The notes under the pieces were generated by a model that saw only the letters and a list, made by a program, of their open reading frames with translations, did no database searches and was not told the DNA's origin. A program made the position numbers and the translations under genes. DNA of 64,000 nucleotides from Acidobacteriota bacterium (GTDB lineage Bacteria; Acidobacteriota; UBA6911; RPQK01; CBDFMZ01): assembly GCA_965249865.1 (NCBI GenBank), contig CBDFMZ010000002.1, forward strand, positions 482,845-546,844, in the 5' to 3' direction. Below are positions 61,153-64,000 of the stretch, piece after piece; position 1 is the stretch's first letter, and each line of letters begins with the position of its first letter.

Positions 61153-61848
61153 ATGAATCGTCTAACGACAATCATTTGGTTGAGTGTGGTGGGGCTGTTG
61201 GCGGGAGAGGCCGTCTCCACTGTCCGGGTTCGGCTGCTCACCCTCGAGGAGATTTTGACCAAAATGGACCAGCGAGGAACAACGCTGCGCTCGATGCGGG
61301 CGGACCTTGTGCAGAGAAAGTGGACAAACATCCTGGAAAAATTCGATCCGGGAGAAAGTGGATTTTTTTCTTTCCTGAAAGAAGCGGGAAAAGTTTACCT
61401 GCGCAAGGATATCAGAAAGCCACAGAAAAGCATCCTGGTACTTAGTGAAGGGAAGGCTGTCTTCTATCAGCCTAAGATAAAACAGGCGCAGAGATATAAT
61501 CTAGGCCGGAATCGTGGCACCGCAGAATTTTTACTTCTCGGATTTGGTTCTGATAAACAAGCTCTGCGGAAGACCTATACGATTGTGTTATTGGGGATGG
61601 ATTCGGTTGGAGGCCGCGAAACCTACCTTTTAGAGCTCAGGCCCAAGTCTGAGAAAATTTTGGCCTATTTTTCTCAGATTTTCTTGTGGGTAGATTCACA
61701 GTTATGGGTACCAATTCAGCAGAAATTAGTGGAGCCCACTCAAGATTATCTACTCTTCCAATTTGAGGACATCGAACTGAATCCGAAGCTCTCAAAATCA
61801 CTTTTTAATCTTAACCTACCTCGAGACGTGAAAATTGTCACCCATTAA
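61153..61848 (+). CDS. Outer-membrane lipoprotein carrier LolA-like protein
   Basis: Signal peptide; RADLVQ, FYQPKIKQA, LLELRPK, LWVD, LFNLNLP.DV. Confidence 0.75.
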   Translation: MNRLTTIIWLSVVGLLAGEAVSTVRVRLLTLEEILTKMDQRGTTLRSMRADLVQRKWTNILEKFDPGESGFFSFLKEAGKVYLRKDIRKPQKSILVLSEGKAVFYQPKIKQAQRYNLGRNRGTAEFLLLGFGSDKQALRKTYTIVLLGMDSVGGRETYLLELRPKSEKILAYFSQIFLWVDSQLWVPIQQKLVEPTQDYLLFQFEDIELNPKLSKSLFNLNLPRDVKIVTH

Positions 61849-61949
61849 TTAATTTACCATTTGACTGATCGAGGGCGAACTATACTTGTGCTTGTGAGGG
61901 TTACTGATTGGTGCTGCTGGAAGCACCAGTGTGAGTGACGAAGGGGTCG

Positions 61950-62576
61950 TCATCGGGGGTCAGACTCTGAGAACTCATCACTCAAGACCACGGTGGCGCC
62001 CCGATGTGTGATTTGGGCTCTCGTGTACAGAATCCGATGGACAACCGTCCAGTTGGAGAGCACTGCGATTACCCAGAGTACGGGATCCATGAAGTAAAAG
62101 GATCCAATAATGAGGAGTACAATGCGCTCGGGCCGCTCTAGAAATCCTACATTGCATTTCGCAATTAAGCATTCCGCTCGAGCTCGTGCATAGCTGGTCA
62201 AAACCGAACCCATTATCACCACTCCGACCAGGACCACATAACCCATTCGGTCCTGTTGTCCATACCAAATGATCAGTCCCAGATAAATGATGAAATCAGA
62301 ATAGCGATCCATGATAGAATCGAAGAAAGCACCGAAAGATGTCGTCGCATTTAAAGTTCGAGCCACCATCCCGTCGACCATGTCGAGAAGCCCTGCAATG
62401 ATGAGGACAACACCGGCCATTTGAAACTGCCCTCGTGCAAAGGCATAAGCCGTGAAGATACTCATCACAAATCCCAGGAAAGTCAGATGGTTTGGCTTGA
62501 CACGCAGGAGGGTGATTACCTTGACGATGGGCTTTAGCGGAACCTGCGCACCCTGACCGATCTTGTCCGATATCAT
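61950..62576 (-). CDS. CDP-alcohol phosphatidyltransferase family protein
   Basis: PNHLT, DMVDGMVAR...FGAFFDSIMDRYSD, SYARARAE, ERPER. Confidence 0.9.
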   Translation of the reverse strand: MISDKIGQGAQVPLKPIVKVITLLRVKPNHLTFLGFVMSIFTAYAFARGQFQMAGVVLIIAGLLDMVDGMVARTLNATTSFGAFFDSIMDRYSDFIIYLGLIIWYGQQDRMGYVVLVGVVIMGSVLTSYARARAECLIAKCNVGFLERPERIVLLIIGSFYFMDPVLWVIAVLSNWTVVHRILYTRAQITHRGATVVLSDEFSESDPR

Positions 62577-62669
62577 TCTTGTGCCTTTGGGTTGGTTGGG
62601 CACAAATGGCGCCGACAGACCCTGGTAACCGCCACTTTTACGGGGTCACTTCCTATCAACATTCGACCT

Positions 62670-64000
62670 CTAGAAGAGCTTAAAATCTATGCTTAGAAAC
62701 TTTTTCGGATCTTGACGAAAATCGTAGATGAGCTTAACAACCTCGGCAGAAACCTGATTGAGATTCTGATAAAGTTGCTCGTCATTGACGAGTTGTCCTA
62801 ACGTTCCCTTTCCTTTTTGAAGATTGTCGAGAAAGGTCGATAACTGATCCAGGGACTTACGCAGATCTTCATAAACTTGGTTATCCTTGGATAATTTCCC
62901 CAGAGTGCCGTCACCAGCATCTATACGGGCGGTAATGTGATGGATGGCGCCCATCACCTCAGTACTTTTTTGATAGAGTGAAAGATCGTTGATAAACTTC
63001 CCGAGTGTGCCCTCCCCCCGCTCGATCCGAGCCATGACGGTGTCCAACCGCTCAGTTGCGGTTTTGATTTTATCATAGACTTCTCGCTCTTGAACCAGGA
63101 GTGACACGGTTCCGGTACTCTGGTTCATCTTTTCCATCAAAGCAGCAGCCTGTTCGACGGTTTGCCGAGCTCTGACCATTGTGCCATCTAGGTTGTTATA
63201 AAAAGAGGGATCCGTAACAAACTTTCCCACAGTGCCTCTTCCCTCCGCCAGCTCATCCAAAATGTTCCCGACTGCCCGGGCAAGAACGTCTGCGTTCGCC
63301 AGGACGTCGTTGGCCCCGGTCAGGAGTTCTCGGAAGCCCGACTGGACGGTGCCGGTGATGATCATCGTCTCCTTCACATTGGTTCCCAGCCAACCGTCGA
63401 CTACTTCCTTCATCACAGGAGGAAGTACCTGAGATCGTCCCAGAGAGATTTCAATGTACTTATCACCCAGCAAGCCGATGGAACCGAGTGATATTGTGCT
63501 GTCGTTTTTAATCCACTCGCGATAATCGGACTGGATCTGCATATACACGACGACATTTTGCAAGTTGGCACGTGTCTCTTGGATATCTCCGAGAGTGTCT
63601 TCCAGCTTGTCAATCTGAGACTCGATACGGTCCTCCAGGTCTACCACTGCACCTTTTAGATCAAGGGCCTGAGCGGAATTGGTATCCAAGCGTTCGACAG
63701 TCTTCTCATAATCGGTTTTCAGCTCATGTAGCTTATCCTGCTGAAGCGGGATATTCTGCTGGAACTGCTGAATTTCTCCGGTTAAGCGGTCAATGATTGA
63801 CAGGTTGCGCTGGTTAAGCTGGGTGTCAGGAAGAGGTTCCTCTGGGTTCGAAATTACGACTCGTTGAACGTTGCCCACTTCAACACCTGCCAGAGTCACA
63901 ACGTCTCCAGGCTTAAGTCCCGAGACATTGTTTAGATAGGTTTTGGCTGAAAAAATGTTTTCGAACAGACCCACTTGGGATCCAATTGTGAAAATAGCGA
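62670..64000 (-). CDS. MlaD/MCE family protein (5' end outside the window)
   Basis: GLKPGDVVTLAGVEVGNV, GLLGDKYIEI, repeated GTLGKL..D..LY helices, DPKKF. Confidence 0.88.
   Translation of the reverse strand, partial: AIFTIGSQVGLFENIFSAKTYLNNVSGLKPGDVVTLAGVEVGNVQRVVISNPEEPLPDTQLNQRNLSIIDRLTGEIQQFQQNIPLQQDKLHELKTDYEKTVERLDTNSAQALDLKGAVVDLEDRIESQIDKLEDTLGDIQETRANLQNVVVYMQIQSDYREWIKNDSTISLGSIGLLGDKYIEISLGRSQVLPPVMKEVVDGWLGTNVKETMIITGTVQSGFRELLTGANDVLANADVLARAVGNILDELAEGRGTVGKFVTDPSFYNNLDGTMVRARQTVEQAAALMEKMNQSTGTVSLLVQEREVYDKIKTATERLDTVMARIERGEGTLGKFINDLSLYQKSTEVMGAIHHITARIDAGDGTLGKLSKDNQVYEDLRKSLDQLSTFLDNLQKGKGTLGQLVNDEQLYQNLNQVSAEVVKLIYDFRQDPKKFLSIDFKLF

Noticed and set aside
20-63796. Many antisense or alternate-frame ORFs of 60-190 aa overlapping the called genes
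   Set aside because: They are shadow ORFs of well-supported genes and carry no recognisable motifs.

Overview
This 64-kb window is bacterial chromosome of roughly 50-55% GC by eye. Gene styles suggest Acidobacteriota, which is an inference I could not check against a database. The first ~12 kb is accessory and decaying. It holds a Tat-exported sulfite-oxidase-family Mo enzyme, an AttEFGH-like ABC/lipocalin operon, an Fe-S-less cysH, and several pseudogenes (SDR, aldo-keto reductase, HIT, amidohydrolase and kinase remnants). The middle carries housekeeping genes (mscS, trxB, lexA, dtd, NhaC-like, rseP-dxr-cdsA-uppS, truA, yebC-ruvC, aroK-aroA-uvrB) and an eroding heat-shock locus (Memo and hsp20 pseudogenes, grpE, clpB with an in-frame TAG). 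From 35.8 to 54.7 kb runs a co-oriented energy cluster: nuoABCDHIJKLMN without EFG, atpZ-I-B-E, and ccm genes with a CxxxY-type CcmE. It is followed by dnaK, a putative Lol-like lipoprotein-trafficking cluster, a CDP-alcohol phosphatidyltransferase and an MCE protein. The most notable non-coding signals are two families of unannotated MITE-like inverted-repeat elements (about 13 copies or fragments, several overlapping start or stop codons), a shared HAIR-like operator at hsp20/clpB and dnaK, and a candidate direct-repeat LexA box. I recognised no rRNA, tRNA or CRISPR array. All alignments were done by eye.
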